Of a stretch of DNA of 64,000 nt, positions 62,890 to 64,000 are shown one piece after another. A model generated the notes under the pieces. That model made no database searches, was not told the DNA's origin, and worked only from the letters and a program-made list of their open reading frames with translations. Source of the stretch: a virus. Numbering within the stretch: position 1 is the first letter of the stretch; every line of letters starts with the position of its first letter. The stretch spans positions 1-64,000 of the IMG/VR virus record IMGVR_UViG_3300026097_001455; one strand, written 5' to 3'. A program made the position numbers and the translations under genes.

Positions 62890-64000
62890 TTAGATAATTT
62901 CAATGGGCAATCCTTGTAGTCCATCATTAAACGATTCTCCACCACATATTGAGGAAATGGGTGAGCCTTGAAATCTGATCGCAAACAACCCACCGTTATT
63001 ATTTGTGTTTGGTGTTTTAAATAAAGCTCCATCCATTTTTACAGAACTTTCCCACTTACTTCCACTTCCCCCAAATGTACCACTCGTATCACAACTTTGG
63101 TTGTTCTCATTGTATTGAGTTCTTAGGTTCGTATATATAGAAACCAGATAATAATTAGGAGGAGTAGTATCTGCAGCAACTGCTGTAGAACCTATTGTAT
63201 AGTCATAAAAAACAGAATGAGATGAAGGAGTCCAAGCAGAGCCATCATCTTTTCTGTGAGTAATGTTTATAAATCTCATTGTATAATTTGCAGTATTATA
63301 TTTACTGGTTCCAAAATCAAAGTTAGAATTACCTGGTAATTCAATAACAAGATTATCCAACGCTATGTTTGTTGCATCGAATACAAAAGATTCTCCAGGG
63401 GCTAATTCAACAGCCGTCCCTGGTATTAACACATCTATATTACCATTGTTAGTTATTTCAATTTGTAAAAACTGATAGTTTTGTGAGCCATGTATTCCTC
63501 CTACAGCTCTAGAAAAACATTCTTCTCTATCGTTAGGACCTGAGTTTTTAACTGCAGATTTAATCCTTCTAGTGTTGCCACCTCTTTGGTAGTATATTGA
63601 CTGAAATCTATAAACAGCAGATGTAGGAATAACTTCTGGTTCAATGTCATTTCTTTCCTTCGGATTAACCAGTCTATACAAATCAAGCGAGCCTTCTGAA
63701 AAAGTTGCATCATCATCTAGTGCAAGAGCTAAATCACGATCTTCGATATTGTAAACATCAATAAATTGATTTTGAGCACCGACAATTATACCCTGACCTT
63801 CCTCTCCCAAAGAAAGAACACCTGGACCAAAAGCAGAGCTAAGCGTTGTATTTGGAGCTACTGAAGGTGGAAATATTGCATCTCCCCAAGGGTTTATAGA
63901 AATTGGCGGCCAACCTTCGGGCTTTAACCAGTATCCATACCCGCACTCTACTCTTTGATACTTCTCTCCATTTAATACACTTGACGCCCCTGGGTCAATC
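62890..64000 (-). CDS. structural protein, 5' end outside window
   Basis: Frame stays open from 63810 to the window edge (IDPGASSVLNGEKYQRVECGYGYW...). Confidence 0.75.
   Translation of the reverse strand, partial: IDPGASSVLNGEKYQRVECGYGYWLKPEGWPPISINPWGDAIFPPSVAPNTTLSSAFGPGVLSLGEEGQGIIVGAQNQFIDVYNIEDRDLALALDDDATFSEGSLDLYRLVNPKERNDIEPEVIPTSAVYRFQSIYYQRGGNTRRIKSAVKNSGPNDREECFSRAVGGIHGSQNYQFLQIEITNNGNIDVLIPGTAVELAPGESFVFDATNIALDNLVIELPGNSNFDFGTSKYNTANYTMRFINITHRKDDGSAWTPSSHSVFYDYTIGSTAVAADTTPPNYYLVSIYTNLRTQYNENNQSCDTSGTFGGSGSKWESSVKMDGALFKTPNTNNNGGLFAIRFQGSPISSICGGESFNDGLQGLPIEII

Noticed and set aside
266-63716. Numerous short antisense or nested ORFs in the track (e.g. 656-958, 13916-14377, 17901-18497, 28553-29014, 44563-44961, 45289-45729)
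   Set aside because: They lie opposite or within well-supported genes and have the S/F/L-rich composition of antisense shadows.
1-64000. CRISPR array, tRNA or rRNA genes
   Set aside because: No repeat-spacer periodicity or cloverleaf/T-loop signatures seen; intergenic gaps are short and mostly explained by promoters and terminators. A tRNAscan/Infernal run would be needed for certainty.
1-64000. Stop-codon reassignment as in some Bacteroidota phages
   Set aside because: Conserved genes are full length in code 11, and TAA, TAG and TGA all end genes at sensible positions.

Overview
This is a gene-dense, AT-rich 64 kb segment of a large (jumbo-type) tailed phage, probably a myovirus, using the standard genetic code. 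A Bacteroidota host is likely: there are TAnnTTTG host-type promoters, A-rich leaders without Shine-Dalgarno sequences and a DUF4494 gene. From left to right it holds: (1) a translationally coupled NAD+ cassette (PncB, HotDog thioesterase, ADP-ribose NUDIX, NadD, NadE, a small membrane protein and a SLOG protein) interrupted by a free-standing GIY-YIG endonuclease; (2) a CCA-type tRNA nucleotidyltransferase, a Pol-beta NTase/HEXXH fusion, dNMP kinase and ThyA; (3) many hypothetical genes, a subset sharing an amphipathic '[IL][ST]xxE[LF]RxL[IV][RK]E' helix and an upstream [CA]TATTTA motif (candidate late, head-packaged proteins); (4) a 46-aa, 11-Cys metallothionein-like ORF missed by the ORF track; (5) IF3, endolysin, SNF2 helicase, Cas4-like nuclease, an Mre11-Rad50 fusion, primase and RuvC; (6) a tail/baseplate module running off the right end. 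I saw no tRNA, rRNA or CRISPR array. The best novelty candidates are a deamidated (Preiss-Handler) phage NAD+ reconstitution route distinct from NARP1/NARP2, a shared capsid-targeting tag on enzymes such as the CCA enzyme, and a phage metallothionein. All family calls come from motif recognition by eye; no searches were run.
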